The notes below the pieces were generated by a model that was given only the letters and a program-made list of their open reading frames with translations, ran no database searches and had not been told where the DNA came from. A DNA stretch of 63,277 bases, the filler included, from Octopus bimaculoides (Eukaryota): assembly GCF_001194135.2 (NCBI RefSeq). It is 10 parts of 9 records of this genome, joined end to end, with 100 filler letters (N's around TTAATTAATTAA, not from the genome) between each part and the next. Parts side by side here need not be neighbours in the genome. Positions count along the whole stretch, not along the records: positions 1 to 15,177 come from NC_068985.1; positions 15,278 to 26,343 come from NC_068996.1; 8 more parts are not named here. The stretch is one strand, 5' to 3'. The translations under genes and the position numbers were made by a program. Below are positions 13,006 to 26,443 of this stretch, in pieces. Numbering within the stretch: the stretch's first letter is position 1; each line of letters opens with the position of its first letter.

Positions 13006-13557
13006 GAGTGGAGGCATACGAGTGGAAAACTAGAGGAACATGACCTATTAACCAGCAGAATATTTATTATATATGCACATCTACTTCGACATTAACAAAG
13101 CAACAAAAAGCTCAACTTTACAGAAGTATTAATAACATACAAGCATATAGACATTTATATATTTTTATAAGGCCGCAAATATCTAAAAGTATTTAAAAAC
13201 ATTTATAAATACATAGGCATTTTAAAAATTATATAAGTAAAATAAGTACAAAATATATAAATAATCTGTAATATAAATTGAAGTTGGCCGACCGTTGTAT
13301 TCTTTCTTGTCTTCAGGTTCACGGCCAAACGGCTGGGTGGATTCGCGTGAAAAAAGGCACACATGTAGAGACGGGTGCAGAGATTGGAACGTGCTTTCTA
13401 TTTTTTCCTATCCCTCATACTTCCAGGGAAAATCGATTAAAACAACCTGCGTGCGTGCGTGTATGTGTGTGTGTGTCACTGAAGCCATTCGTACATATAT
13501 ACATAATAAATAAATAAACTGAATGATAAATTTCATTTATATCTCCTTCTCTTTCTT

Positions 13558-13591
<34 letters not shown>

Positions 13592-14838
13592 GTACACATA
13601 CACCATCAACATTACTCTCTCTGTCACGCACACCCCATCAAACATACATACTCACACACACAGACATACGCACGCAATCAATTCCCCCCTCTCTCCACAA
13701 CTTCAAAAGAAGTTCAGTCATAAAACTGTCCATGTCTCTTCATTCGACACCCACTTCAAAAGATCGTCTTTCCTTTTCACTTGTCCGGCCATTGATCGAG
13801 AGATAAAACACAAACCAACTCCTGCTAAATGCAAAAATCCCACCAAAAATACACACACATACGCACACAAACGGACATTTCACGTCTTTCAGTTTCTCTA
13901 TGATTATACACGCGTCAAAAACAATAGCTCTTAAATACATTTTAATCTTCAACAGGTATGTATCAATTTCTATACTATAAATTGTTTTTCTATAAGCGTA
14001 TAACAATTACTTATTCCATACTTCATTTAGCTTTTCTCTTCACTTTTCTTAGATTGGATACGTCTGCTATTAATTCTTATATACAATTTCCCCGTTAATT
14101 TTTACAACTTCATTTTCTGTTAAAGCAATTCTTAACGTCAACTTCTTAACATAATACGCAGAATTCTCGCATTAGTACAGTAGGGTGTTTTGAGGGAGAT
14201 TTTGATGCTATTTCTACCATGTAGAGGTCTGAACTTATTTTTCATTCACAGATTTGCATTTCAGACATTTAACATAATCTTTTCCATAAATCAACTATCG
14301 TAAAAATTTTCTACTATGACCTCACATGCAATTACCCTTTCTTCTGCCATTAACACCAGTTGCTCACACACCTTACAGTTTCTCATTCAAACTACATAAT
14401 ACGCAGAATTGTAGCATTAATACAGTAGGGATGCTTTGAGGGAGATTTGCCTGCTATTTCTATGTTTTATTAAAAGTAGTAGTGTTGATGGTGGCAATGG
14501 GAGTAATAATAAGAGTGTGTGTGAGAGAGAGAGAGGGGGGTATGTGAAAGAAAGAGAGAGATGATGTACAACATTCCTGGATAGAAATTCCTGTAGCCAG
14601 CATACTGAACCAACTACTGGACACTATCATTTTTGTTTTATTTTTTGCTTTCTTTAATATATATATATATATATATATACGTGTGTGTACATATATACAT
14701 ATACATATGCATACCCCTCCCCCACACACAAAATACACTTTAATTAAAATACAGTTTCTCCAAAATCAAGCATATCTAATATAATAAATGTGAATGTCAG
14801 TGTGTCAGTGTGTCATACTTTTTCAACTTTACTCCTAG

Positions 14839-14885
14839 AAAGCGTAGCACAATATATCATACCATTTTGGAATCAGGCTGACTCT
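14839..14885 (+). CDS. Candidate 47-nt exon ((E)SVAQYIIPFWNQADS)
   Basis: ttttcaactttactcctag| ... tct|gtgagt; only the phase 1 to phase 0 frame is open. Confidence 0.5.
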
Positions 14886-15019
14886 GTGAGTAAATTAAAA
14901 GCATTCCAAGCTGAATCCAGACCTGCAATCCTGAAATTATGGATTCCTAAATTATGGATTCCTATGTTTTCATTACTGCAATTGTTTTTGGCAATTTTTT
15001 ACATGACCTTTAGTGATGA

Positions 15020-15177
15020 ATATGATCATCATTGGGATATGACTCTGGAAGAAGCAATTGCAACAAATTCTCCAAAACAAGTCAGAGATCTGTTTGCAGA
15101 TCTTCCCATTCAGGGTTAGTTGCTTTAAAGCTACATACTAGCTTAAAGGCCGCCCAATAGGGCAGCTTTTAAGCTAG
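15020..15177 (+). mobile_element. Helitron fragment: RepHel linker peptide followed by a 3' hairpin and CTAG
   Basis: DHHWDMTLEEAIATNSPKQVRDLFA resembles the Helitron 'DD.HW..TL.EA....SP..LR.LFA' motif. It is followed by gccgccc-aata-gggcagc and then ttttaagCTAG. Confidence 0.7.
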
Positions 15178-15387
15178 NNNNNNNNNNNNNNNNNNNNNNN
15201 NNNNNNNNNNNNNNNNNNNNNTTAATTAATTAANNNNNNNNNNNNNNNNNNNNNNNNNNNNNNNNNNNNNNNNNNNNACACACATCAATTATACTAAAAC
15301 TCTAAACATGTTTGTGTGTACCCGAAATATCTCAGGAATAGTATATTTTATGTTAATTTTTTTGCATATATATATTTTCATACTTAC

Positions 15388-15426
15388 CTTCGGCAGTGCG
15401 GTACAATTTTTTTGTGATATTTGAAC
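15388..15426 (-). other. Candidate 39-nt exon on the minus strand (coding status unknown)
   Basis: Minus strand actaac...tttaaatacag| gttcaaat...ccgaag |gtaagta. A TGACGTCA (CRE) site lies nearby at 15493. Confidence 0.35.
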
Positions 15427-16306
15427 CTGTATTTAAACGATTAAACACAATTTTTGTTAGTTATTTCTTGACGAAAAAAAACATGGCTTCCGTGACGTCA
15501 ACACACATACACACATACAGAATACACACACATATAATGAGTGTCATGGCGTGTCAATCAACACAAACACACGTCCGCTATCTGTGACACACACACACAT
15601 AGTTTCCGCGCTCTTGAAGACAAAAACCATATCGACTTTTTGATATACACAATATTTGAACCATTTAGAAATATTATTAACTAAATGTGATTTCATCATC
15701 CGGAGTTCGTTAATTTCCGTAAATATTTTTATCTATATACGTTTGTTTTAAAGTGAAAGAGCTGAGAAAATAAAAGATGTATGTACTTGTATATGAAATG
15801 GACGGGTGTGTGTGAAAGAGAGAGAGAAAGGAAGAGAGAGAGAGGAAGAGAGAGAAAGAGAGAGGGGAAAAGAGGAAGATGAAGAGAGAGAAAGAGAGAG
15901 AGAAAGAGAGAGTGAGTGAAGGGGTGCGTTGTCATGTGTACGTACGTACATCAATGTATATGCGTACATCTTTTTTGTATGTACATGTGCGTTTGTACGC
16001 GCGCGCGCGTGTGTGTGTGTATGTGTGTGTGTGAGAGAGAGAGAGAGTAAGTGAGTGAACGTGTGTGTTCTCATGTATGCGTAAGTCTCTCTCTCTCTTT
16101 CACACACACGCCCATTTCATATACACCTTCGGACATCATTCACTTTGCCCTCTCTTTCACTTTAAAACAAAAGTAACCAGTGATTTTCAGGATAAAAATT
16201 GTTAAAAAAAGACAAAGCTTCTGCTCAGGTAAATTAATTACTATTGTTTGGATAGTTCCAATTAAATAAGTCCAGAAGATAGGTTAAATATATATACATG
16301 CATAAG

Positions 16307-16375
16307 TACCATGAATTCCCACCCTACAATCATGACAAACAATTCCATGAATACTTTACTGGGCAAGGCTGGGTG
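16307..16375 (+). CDS. Candidate exon YHEFPPYNHDKQFHEYFTGQGWV (5' boundary uncertain: 16283 or 16307)
   Basis: Strong donor gtg|gtaagt and a non-repetitive open frame, but the acceptor is weak. Confidence 0.35.
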
Positions 16376-16385
16376 GTAAGTCTAG

Positions 16386-16419
<34 letters not shown>

Positions 16420-16892
16420 TGTATGTATNNNNNNNNNNNNNNNNNNNNNNNNNNNNNNNNNNNNNNNNNNNNNNNNNNNNNNNNNNNNNNNNNNNNNNNN
16501 NNNNNNNNNNNNNNNNNNNNNNNNNNNNNNNNNNNNNNNNNNNNNNNNNNNNNNNNNNNNNNNNNNNNNNNNNNNNNNNNNNNNNNNNNNNNNNNNNNNN
16601 NNNNNNNNNNNNNNNNNNNNNNNNNNNNNNNNNNNNNNNNNNNNNNNNNNNNNNNNNNNNNNNNNNNNNNNNNNNNNNNNNNNNNNNNNNNNNNNNNNNN
16701 NNNNNNNNNNNNNNNNNNNNNNNNNNNNNNNNNNNNNNNNNNNNNNNNNNNNNNNNNNNNNNNNNNNNNNNNNNNNNNNNNNNNNNNNNNNNNNNNNNNN
16801 NNNNNNNNNNNNNNNNNNNNNNNNNNNNNNNNNNNNNNNNNNNNNNNNNNNNNNNNNNNNTATGTTTGTAGGTATGCGTGTATGTATGTATG

Positions 16893-16926
<34 letters not shown>

Positions 16927-17099
16927 TGTATGTATGTATGTATTTATGTATGTATGTATGTATGTATGTATGCACGCACGCATGTATGTATGTATGTATG
17001 TTTGTATGTATGTGTGCAGATTTGTATGTTTTGTTTTATGTATGTATTCTGATGCATATAGCTACATATCTAGACATACTCATATTTATTTAAAGGATA

Positions 17100-17445
17100 A
17101 ACTTCTGGAAAGTTTTACAGATTTTTACAGTTGCAAATGGATTGGATTTGTAGTTTTCGAGTCAGTTTTCTCCTTTCTGGTTTTGAGAAGCCTAATTTCT
17201 CAAGATTGTTATTTAGGCAGTGTGTCACATATCCCAGGGCTCCAGTAATTACAGGTATAAGTATAAACCTGAACTTGTAATCTGGATAGAGTAACTGCAG
17301 ATTTCTCAATAGTTCAGCGTAGGTATTCTCTTTTTCACTGATCTTCAGCTTTATGTTAACATCCACTGGGCAGCTGATTTCCACAACTATACACAGTTGG
17401 TCTCCTCTATTAATTATATAATTACATACCAATCACTCGAAAATT
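17100..17445 (-). mobile_element. RLE-type (R4/Dong/NeSL-like) LINE, C-terminal endonuclease fragment
   Basis: CIVVEISCPVDVNIKLKISEKENTYAELLRNLQLLYPDYKFRFILIPVITGALG fits the PD-(D/E)xK RLE tail pattern. Confidence 0.8.
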
Positions 17446-18356
17446 AAGATTTCTGTATTTGATTTTTTTTGTATTATGTGTAAACATCCTGATGAGGGAA
17501 TGTCAATTTTTAAACATATGAAATATTTCATATTACTTGGCACGTCTCTGAAACGACCGATAGATGGAACTTTTAAATCTTTGTAATATTTTTGTGGTAT
17601 TTTAGTACGTCTTTTTAATGTTTTATCGTATAAAATTTTTATTACACCAATGCATTGTAACTTTTAAGTTTAAAATTTACATATTGATATTTATCCATTT
17701 ATATGTATTTTTATATTTATATATTTGGAATTTTTATCATGTTCCTCTAGTTTCCACTTGCATTGCCTCCATTCAGATTATTAAATGGAATATAGCTCAA
17801 TTGGAGCACTATATATATATATATATATATGAATATGAATATGCATATATANNNNNNNNNNNNNNNNNNNNNNNNNNNNNNNNNNNNNNNNNNNNNNNNN
17901 NNNNNNNNNNNNNNNNNNNNNNNNNNNNNNNNNNNNNNNNNNNNNNNNNNNNNNNNNNNNNNNNNNNNNNNNNNNNNNNNNNNNNNNNNNNNNNNNNNNN
18001 NNNNNNNNNNNNNNNNNNNNNNNNNNNNNNNNNNNNNNNNNNNNNNNNNNNNNNNNNNNNNNNNNNNNNNNNNNNNNNNNNNNNNNNNNNNNNNNNNNNN
18101 NNNNNNNNNNNNNNNNNNNNNNNNNNNNNNNNNNNNNNNNNNNNNNNNNNNNNNNNNNNNNNNNNNNNNNNNNNNNNNNNNNNNNNNNNNNNNNNNNNNN
18201 NNNNNNNNNNNNNNNNNNNNNNNNNNNNNNNNNNNNNNNNNNNNNNNNNNNNNNNNNNNNNNNNNNNNNNNNNNNNNNNNNNNNNNNNNNNNNNNNNNNN
18301 NNNNNNNNNNNNNNNNNNNNNNNNNNNNNNNNNNNNNNNNNNNNNNNNNNNNNNNN

Positions 18357-18650
18357 NGTAACGGCAAGCGAAATACCGCTAAGCATTTCACCCGGTATGA
18401 TAACGTTTCTGCCAGCTCACCGTCTTTAATAATCTTTTCTACTTTAGTCACAAGGCCCGAAATTTGGGAGTAGAGGGCCAGTCGATTAGATCGACCCCAG
18501 CACGCAACTGGTACCTAATTTATCGACCCTGAAAAGATGAAAGGTAAAGTCGACCTTGGCGGAATTTGAACTCAGAACGTAAAGACAGACGAAATACCGC
18601 TGAGCATTTCGCCCGGCGTGCTAACGTTTCTGCCAGCTCGCCGTCTTTCC
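18357..18650 (-). mobile_element. Short SINE-like repeats (family A; further copies at ~28208-28540 +, 28575-28730 -, 28749-28910 +, ~52365-52460 +)
   Basis: Consensus-like aaggcggcgagctggcagaa...ttctgagttcaaattcc...aagtaccagtt shared among the copies. Confidence 0.75.
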
Positions 18651-19029
18651 AATGAAGTCTATATTCACAAATGGATACGGAACTTATTTACATCATGATA
18701 GCGCTGGGAAGTTCATACCCCGGATGGTAACTAACGACCACCACTATCACCACTATCATCATCACCACCACCGCCATAAACCACCTTCACTAGCATCACC
18801 ACCACCACCATCGTCACTATTGCCGCCGCCACCGTCACCACCACCACTGCTATAATCACAGCCATCACCATCACCAATAACACCACCACCACCTGCATCG
18901 TAGTCAACAAATCTAAAGTGTGTTGCGTGTCTTCTTCTTCTTCTTCTTCTTCTTCTTCTTCTTCTTCTTCTTCTTCTTCTTCTTCTTCTTCTTCTTCTTC
19001 TTCTTCTTCTCCTCCTCCTCATCCACCTC

Positions 19030-20185
19030 TTGAATATTATTAGTGTTCCACTGACAAATAGTATTTATAATGTGCAATTTAGTTTGTTCTGAAAACCCCA
19101 GCTTATAAAGATTGTCACCTAGGTATTTACTCACAAAGTCAAGCGCACCAATTACTATTGGTATAAATGTGAATTTATAATCTGGATATAGAAGCTGGAG
19201 GCTTCAGAACAATTGTCCATAGTTAACCTCTTTCTTTCCGACTTTCAAAGAGATATTTACATCAGCAGAACCTTAACCCTAACCCTAACCCTCTATGATA
19301 GTACATACCTTTTCTTGTCTGTCCCAAACAACAATATTCGCCCGGTTATGCTTACACTTGATATGTGTTTTGATGGAAATGTTCCACCAGTATTCCTTGC
19401 GTTAATGTTCGTGTATGTATTCAATTACAAGGGGATTCCCTATGTTTATTCCAGAATAGTCTTTTTTTTTTCCGAATGCCGTTTTATATTGGTTTTGCAA
19501 CAATGTCATATCGCATAGAGAGATTGTACCTTAAAGATATTTTTGGGTATCTGCTAATCACATATGAGATATCTTCCACAGAAACACGAGTCTACATTTT
19601 CGGTTGCATCTTGGAGAACCAATACATTCACGGTCTCTTTTGTTATTTCGTATTCCGTAGCAAATTCCTGTTCTTGAATTGAAAATGCATAGTCTTGGAA
19701 GTGTGATGTGATGCAGCGGTCACGAGTTCAATAGAGGCTTCTTCTTCAAATATGCAGGAAGCATACCCATGCAATGTTTGTTTTTTTATTTATATATATA
19801 TATATTGGTATGTTGAGCGTTTCACATCTAGGCCTTCTTTGAAGTGCGTTAGCCCGGCTGTTTTGGGGTTGTATGGGTGCTCATCAAGAAGAGAGTATTT
19901 CCCAAGGAGCTAACTACCGACACATAAGATGCTGTTCTCTTCGCATTTCAGCACTAAGTTTATGCATTTTCCTTTACATGCTAACAAAAGTTTTCTAGGA
20001 GTGACTTTACGACATTCGAATGCTGGCTACACTGATCGGAAGCTTCTACCTCCATCATGTCTTCGCAGGTTGAGACCATCAATGACACTATTTTTGTGGA
20101 AGTTTCCAGTTGATGCCAGGATCTTATGAGTTTAACATCTATGGAATGGATTTCTTCTATACACCAGTCAAGAATTCCAAACGTA
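19030..20185 (-). mobile_element. Decayed RLE-type LINE (RT C-terminus, CCHC region, RLE tail) ending at a (GAA)n tract
   Basis: FGILDWCIEEIHSIDVK...; CCHC-like region; SLQLLYPDYKFTFIPIVIGALDFVSKYLGDNLYKLGFSE is homologous to the 17100-17445 fragment. Confidence 0.8.
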
Positions 20186-20939
20186 CGCATGTATGTATGT
20201 GTGTATGTATGTATGTATGTATGTATGTATGTATGTATGTATGTATGTATGTATGTGCGTGTGCATGTATGTATGTGTATATATATATATATATATAATA
20301 TATATATATATAATATAATATAATATATATATATATATATANNNNNNNNNNNNNNNNNNNNNNNNNNNNNNNNNNNNNNNNNNNNNNNNNNNNNNNNNNN
20401 NNNNNNNNNNNNNNNNNNNNNNNNNNNNNNNNNNNNNNNNNNNNNNNNNNNNNNNNNNNNNNNNNNNNNNNNNNNNNNNNNNNNNNNNNNNNNNNNNNNN
20501 NNNNNNNNNNNNNNNNNNNNNNNNNNNNNNNNNNNNNNNNNNNNNNNNNNNNNNNNNNNNNNNNNNNNNNNNNNNNNNNNNNNNNNNNNNNNNNNNNNNN
20601 NNNNNNNNNNNNNNNNNNNNNNNNNNNNNNNNNNNNNNNNNNNNNNNNNNNNNNNNNNNNNNNNNNNNNNNNNNNNNNNNNNNNNNNNNNNNNNNNNNNN
20701 NNNNNNNNNNNNNNNNNNNNNNNNNNNNNNNNNNNNNNNNNNNNNNNNNNNNNNNNNNNNNNNNNNNNNNNNNNNNNNNNNNNNNNNNNNNNNNNNNNNN
20801 NNNNNNNNNNNNNNNNNNNNNNNNNNNNNNNNNNNNNNNNNNNNNNNNCACTCACAAGGCATTGGTCGGCCCGAGGCTATAGTAGAAGACACTAGCCCAA
20901 GATGCCACGCAGTGGGACTGAACCCGGAACCATGTGGTT

Positions 20940-20978
<39 letters not shown>

Positions 20979-21038
20979 ACATAAACATGTAAATATATTT
21001 ACATATATACATGTATGAGTGTCTGTGTTAATATTATC

Positions 21039-21076
<38 letters not shown>

Positions 21077-21078
<2 letters not shown>

Positions 21079-21472
21079 ATATGGTTGTGTGGTAAGAAAC
21101 GTTCTTCCCAGCTAAATGGTCCCGAGTTCAGTCTCGTTGTGTGACATCTCGAGCAATTGTCTTCTACTATAGCCCCGGTTCGACAGAGCCTTGATAGTAA
21201 ATTTGGTAGATAGAAACTAAAAGAAGTTCGCCGTACATATGTGCATATATCTCTGCGCGCATATGTATCGTTGTGTATGTGTTTGTCTCCCACAACCACT
21301 TGACAGTCGCTGTTGGTTTGTTCACGTCCCCGTAACATAGCAGTTCGACAAAAGATGCCGGTAGAATAAGTACCAAACTTCATGAAAGTAAGTACTGGTA
21401 TCAATTTGTTCCACTAAAACCATTCAAGGCTGTACCTCTGCATGGCTGCAGTCCAGTAACTGAAACTAATAG

Positions 21473-21475
<3 letters not shown>
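21077..21475 (+). mobile_element. tRNA-headed SINE (family B; other copies ~20850-20940 -, 25005-25410 -, 27590-27745 -, 30845-31005 -, 49735-50210 -, 50560-50790)
   Basis: A/B-box-like head (tggttgtgtggtaag...gagttcagtc), central microsatellite, tail ...catggctgcagtc...actgaaac. Confidence 0.85.
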
Positions 21476-21554
<79 letters not shown>

Positions 21555-21632
21555 CACATACACACACACACACACACACTCATATATTTGTATGTGTGTA
21601 TGCATGTATGTATGTATTTATGTATTTATGTA

Positions 21633-21866
21633 CAGGGTGAGTCAAAAAGTAACATCCAGTTCCTATTTGAGTGTTGATATACATGACTTCCCAATTGGGA
21701 GATACTTTCTACTTCTAATTCTTGTTTCACGGGCTGGAATATCAAAGAGTACTAACAACATGATACATAATCCAGATTCAGTGACTTTCAAAACTGTCAG
21801 TAATAACCTGCAAAACAAGAAAGGCATAACTTCCAAGGAACAGGGCGCTACTTTTGACTAACTCTG
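21633..21866. mobile_element. Tc1/mariner-type MITE, ~234 bp
   Basis: TA|cagggtgagtcaaaaagt ... acttttgactaactctg|TA: imperfect TIRs with TA flanks. Confidence 0.75.
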
Positions 21867-21969
21867 TATGTACGCATGCATGTATGTATGTATGTATGTA
21901 TGTATGTATGTATGTATGTATGTATGTATGTATGTATGTATGTATGTATGTACGTATACATATACACAC

Positions 21970-23207
21970 ACGAGGGGTGTTCATAAATGATTTCCCCTGA
22001 CCCACTTCCCAGGAACTGGAATAAACGAAACTTGGCATAATTATTAGTCCTTCCCAACATAGCCACTACCCGTGGTGACACACTTCTCCAATTGCTTTAT
22101 GCAGCAGTGAAGACCTCGTCTGTAGAGGTCGGTAGGTTGCATCTGGATGCGAGACTTTAACTCGGAAATAAGTTCATCATTATCACCCGAAAAGTGCTTC
22201 CCCTTAAAAAAAACTTCATGGTTGGAAAGACGTAGAAGTCAAAGGGTGCGAGGTCGGGAGAGTAAAGGGGATGAGGAAGAATTTCATCGTTGCAGGAGTG
22301 TGCTTTCGTTTGGCCATCTGTCACATTGAGAACTGGGGCGTTGTCTTGGAAGAGGCTGACTAGTTTGGTCAGCATGCCACGCCTTTCTGTTTTGATGGCT
22401 TCCTGCAATTTCTGCCAGAAAATTCATCATCACTACTCCTTACTGGTCCCAAAAGACTGTGTACATCACCTTGTCTGCTGAGGGTTTGGATACGAGCCTT
22501 CTTTGGAGGTGGTGAGTTATCATATTTCCATTGCTTCGACTGGACTCAGTATCATAGTGATGGACGCATGTTTCATCCTGTGTGATAAGTCTGCCGAAAA
22601 AGTCCTCCTCGTTTTCTCGGCACATTGCCAAAAGAGCCTGGGAGCAATTGACTCATTCCTGCTTCTGAAAAGGTGTGAACATTCGGGGAATCCATCGTGC
22701 AGACAACTTCCTCATGTGCAAATGGTCGTGAATGACACGGACTCTACGCTTATCTTCACTACTTGGGCTACTTACCGAATAGTTATGCGGTGATCCTCCA
22801 AAATGGTGGCCTCTCCTTTATGGATGGTGTCATCATCAATGGCGGAATGTGGTCATCCAGGGATAAGAGCAGTTTCCACTGATGTCGAGCACTTTTAAAC
22901 TGGTGATGCCAGTACTTGACTACGTCGTATGATGGTGCATCGTCACCATAAACTTCTTTCATCTCATAGAAAGTCTCTTTTGGCGTACAACCTTTCAAGT
23001 ATAAGAACCTGATCATTGAGCTGCATTCAACTGCCATCATTATAACACCTTAGTCCCCTTCAGCAGCCGTAAAAGACAAACGAATACTAGTGGAAAGCTG
23101 CAATTTACAATGTGACATGTAGAGACACACATGATTATACCTATACAAGTTCCGTTTACTGTAATAACCGAAAGTGGGTCCGGGGGAATCTTTAATGAAC
23201 ACATCTG

Positions 23208-23210
<3 letters not shown>
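21970..23210 (-). mobile_element. Near full-length mariner with a disrupted DD34D transposase
   Basis: ~40-bp TIRs (cgaggggtgttcataaatgatttcccctgacccactt / aagtgggtccgggggaatctttaatgaacacatctggtg). Transposase motifs IRFLYLKG..., ITQDETCVHHYD, FQDNAP, HPLYSPDLAPFDF, with frameshifts. Confidence 0.93.
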
Positions 23211-23247
<37 letters not shown>

Positions 23248-23997
23248 AAAGTTAGGGAATGGAGTAGCTAAAATCCAAGCAACATATATTTCCTAGGTTC
23301 TGCTTATCGAACTTTCGTATAGGGAAAATTTACAACCTTCTATATTAATAAACCACTATTGTTCCTGAAAGTTGTGTTTTTACCTCTTCTACAGACCGCT
23401 CGAAGCTTACTAACTTCCTACACATGGATCTTTGGACCTCTATATTACACATACACACACATACACACGTATATATATATATATATATATATATATNNNN
23501 NNNNNNNNNNNNNNNNNNNNTATATATATAAAATTAATATAAGCAGCAGATTGCAACGCCTCACCAAAAAGCAGAATTACAACTGTCATTGCTAGAAATA
23601 AAAGATAACAGTTCTAATGTGCGTTAACTACAGCATTAGAGTGGTTAGCTCTTATTTCTAGAAATGTAGGTGTTTCCTAACACTCTAGCCACATTTAGTT
23701 TTATAAGTCTATATGTGTGTGTGTGTGAGTATATATGTATGTATGTTTGAATGTATACACACACACACACACACACACATACACCAACGCACACATACAC
23801 ACACGCACACATACACACACGCACACATACACACATGCACACACACACACACGCACTTGCACTTTTTATTAAAGCTGCAAAATTATCAGTTTCACATTTC
23901 CGTTCGTCGGGTAGTTGTGAATACTTTTGGTATTCGAGTACTATTTCTACCACGTTGTTTTGCACTTTTGTGCTCACATGTGTGTGTGTGTGTGTGA

Positions 23998-24052
<55 letters not shown>

Positions 24053-25428
24053 CACGTGCGTGCGCATGTGTGTGAGTATATATGTATTTAAGGTTAAACG
24101 AAAGCGCTCACACAATAGAAAAACTTCTCCAAGGAGGTTAGTAACTTCGTGATAAAAGATTTCATAACATTTCTTTAGAAAGTGATTTATAAAAAAAAAA
24201 GTCACCTTTACGTTTCAAGACTGTAAAGTAATCCTCATAGACTTTCTAATATATATATGTATATGTATANNNNNNNNNNNNNNNNNNNNNNNNNNNNNNN
24301 NNNNNNNNNNNNNNNNNNNNNNNNNNNNNNNNNNNNNNNNNNNNNNNNNNNNNNNNNNNNNNNNNNNNNNNNNNNNNNNNNNNNNNNNNNNNNNNNNNNN
24401 NNNNNNNNNNNNNNNNNNNNNNNNNNNNNNNNNNNNNNNNNNNNNNNNNNNNNNNNNNNNNNNNNNNNNNNNNNNNNNNNNNNNNNNNNNNNNNNNNNNN
24501 NNNNNNNNNNNNNNNNNNNNNNNNNNNNNNNNNNNNNNNNNNNNNNNNNNNNNNNNNNNNNNNNNNNNNNNNNNNNNNNNNNNNNNNNNNNNNNNNNNNN
24601 NNNNNNNNNNNNNNNNNNNNNNNNNNNNNNNNNNNNNNNNNNNNNNNNNNNNNNNNNNNNNNNNNNNNNNNNNNNNNNNNNNNNNNNNNNNNNNNNNNNN
24701 NNNNNNNNNNNNNNNNNNNNNNNNNNNNNNNNNNNNNNNNNNNNNNNNNNNNNNNNNNNNNNNNNNNNNNNAATCAATTAAAATTATCGAAAATAAATTC
24801 TATTCTATTATATATATATAAATTAATGGTAAAATAACTTTTTACCCTCACCCATTTATTACACTTGTTAATGTAATTGTTATGCAATGAAAACACACTT
24901 GTGTATTAATAATTGGGCATTCTACCAGCAATATATTGGATAGATATTATCCCTTAGTTCGTTGGATTCACAACCTCTAACTTTCTTGTATATATATATT
25001 CTTTTACTTGTTTCAGTCATTTGACTGCGGCCATGCTGGAGCACCGCCTTTAGTCGAGCAAATCAACTCCAGGACTTATTCTTTTGTAAGCCTAGTACTT
25101 ATTCTATCGGTTCTCTTTTGCATAACCGCTAAGTTACGGGGACGTAAACACCACACCAGCATCGGTTGTCAAGCGATTTTGAGGGGACAAACACAGACAC
25201 ACAAACATATAGACACACAAACACAGACACAGAAACACACAGACACACAGACACAGACACGCACACACACAGACAGACACACACACATATACGACGGGCT
25301 TCTTTCAGTTTCCATCTACCAAATCTACTCAGAAGACAGTTGCCCAAGGTGTCACGCAGTGGAACTGAACCCGGAACCATGTGGTTGGTTGGCAAGCTAT
25401 TTATCACACAATCACTCCTGCGCCTTTA

Positions 25429-25477
<49 letters not shown>

Positions 25478-26443
25478 CGTGTAACAGACCGAAACTGTAG
25501 TGATAATTGGAAGCTTGGCTGATGAATAGAAAGCCATGAATGTTCCGTCCTGGTTTTCCTGTCTATCCTTCTATCGTCCATGTGTCTGTATATTTTAATT
25601 GTCGTTCGTTACGTTCTTGTTCCGTATTTTGGATTTATATATATAACGTCGAGTTAGAATAGAGGCAGCTGACGAAGGAATAATTCCAAGTGGTTATCTG
25701 TTTTCCTATGTGTTCGTTCCGTGGTCTGTAGTTCATTGTTCTAACGTCCTGTACCCTGATATGCATCTATATACACATGTAAATGAAAGTATGTACATAT
25801 ATGTGGGTATACATGCATATATATTCTTTGTATTATATATATATATGTATATATATATTATGCACACGCAAACATTGAAGAAATACAGTAATTTTGTTTT
25901 ATGAGAAATTGAACACACATCGATCACGTAAAAAGTCAAACAACAACAACAACAATAGCAATAACACTCCCCAAAATAACACCAACAGCAACATTAGCAA
26001 ACATAACAGCCATGTCAAAACCAGCAACAACAACAACAACAACAACAGTAGCAAAGACACGAAAAAGAACAAGAACAAAAACTCCCAACGGTAAAAACAA
26101 CATCGATAAAAGCAACAGCAGCGACAGCAACAACAACATGAATATTTCTCGTGTTCAATAAGTTTATAAACTAAACAAGTAAATAAATAAATGAACAAAT
26201 AAAGGCATAAAATAATAATAAAAAAAAAAATACAACGTTGCAAATGTCTTGAAATTCCTGTCTTGTTATAACGATTACAACATGAAAGTTCATCTAGCGG
26301 TCGACCATTCCAGAAGAAGTTGAGAGAGTGTGTATGTGTGTGTNNNNNNNNNNNNNNNNNNNNNNNNNNNNNNNNNNNNNNNNNNNNTTAATTAATTAAN
26401 NNNNNNNNNNNNNNNNNNNNNNNNNNNNNNNNNNNNNNNNNNN

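Noticed and set aside
15222-15233. TTAATTAATTAA embedded in N runs (also ~26389, 29108, 38542, 45305, 52127, 58146, 59844, 62221)
   Set aside because: Identical 12-mer with stops in all six frames, centred in ~100-nt N spacers. This is an assembly linker, not biology.
19269-19292. (TAACCC)n telomere-like repeat
   Set aside because: Only about three units inside a decayed LINE, too short to indicate telomere healing.
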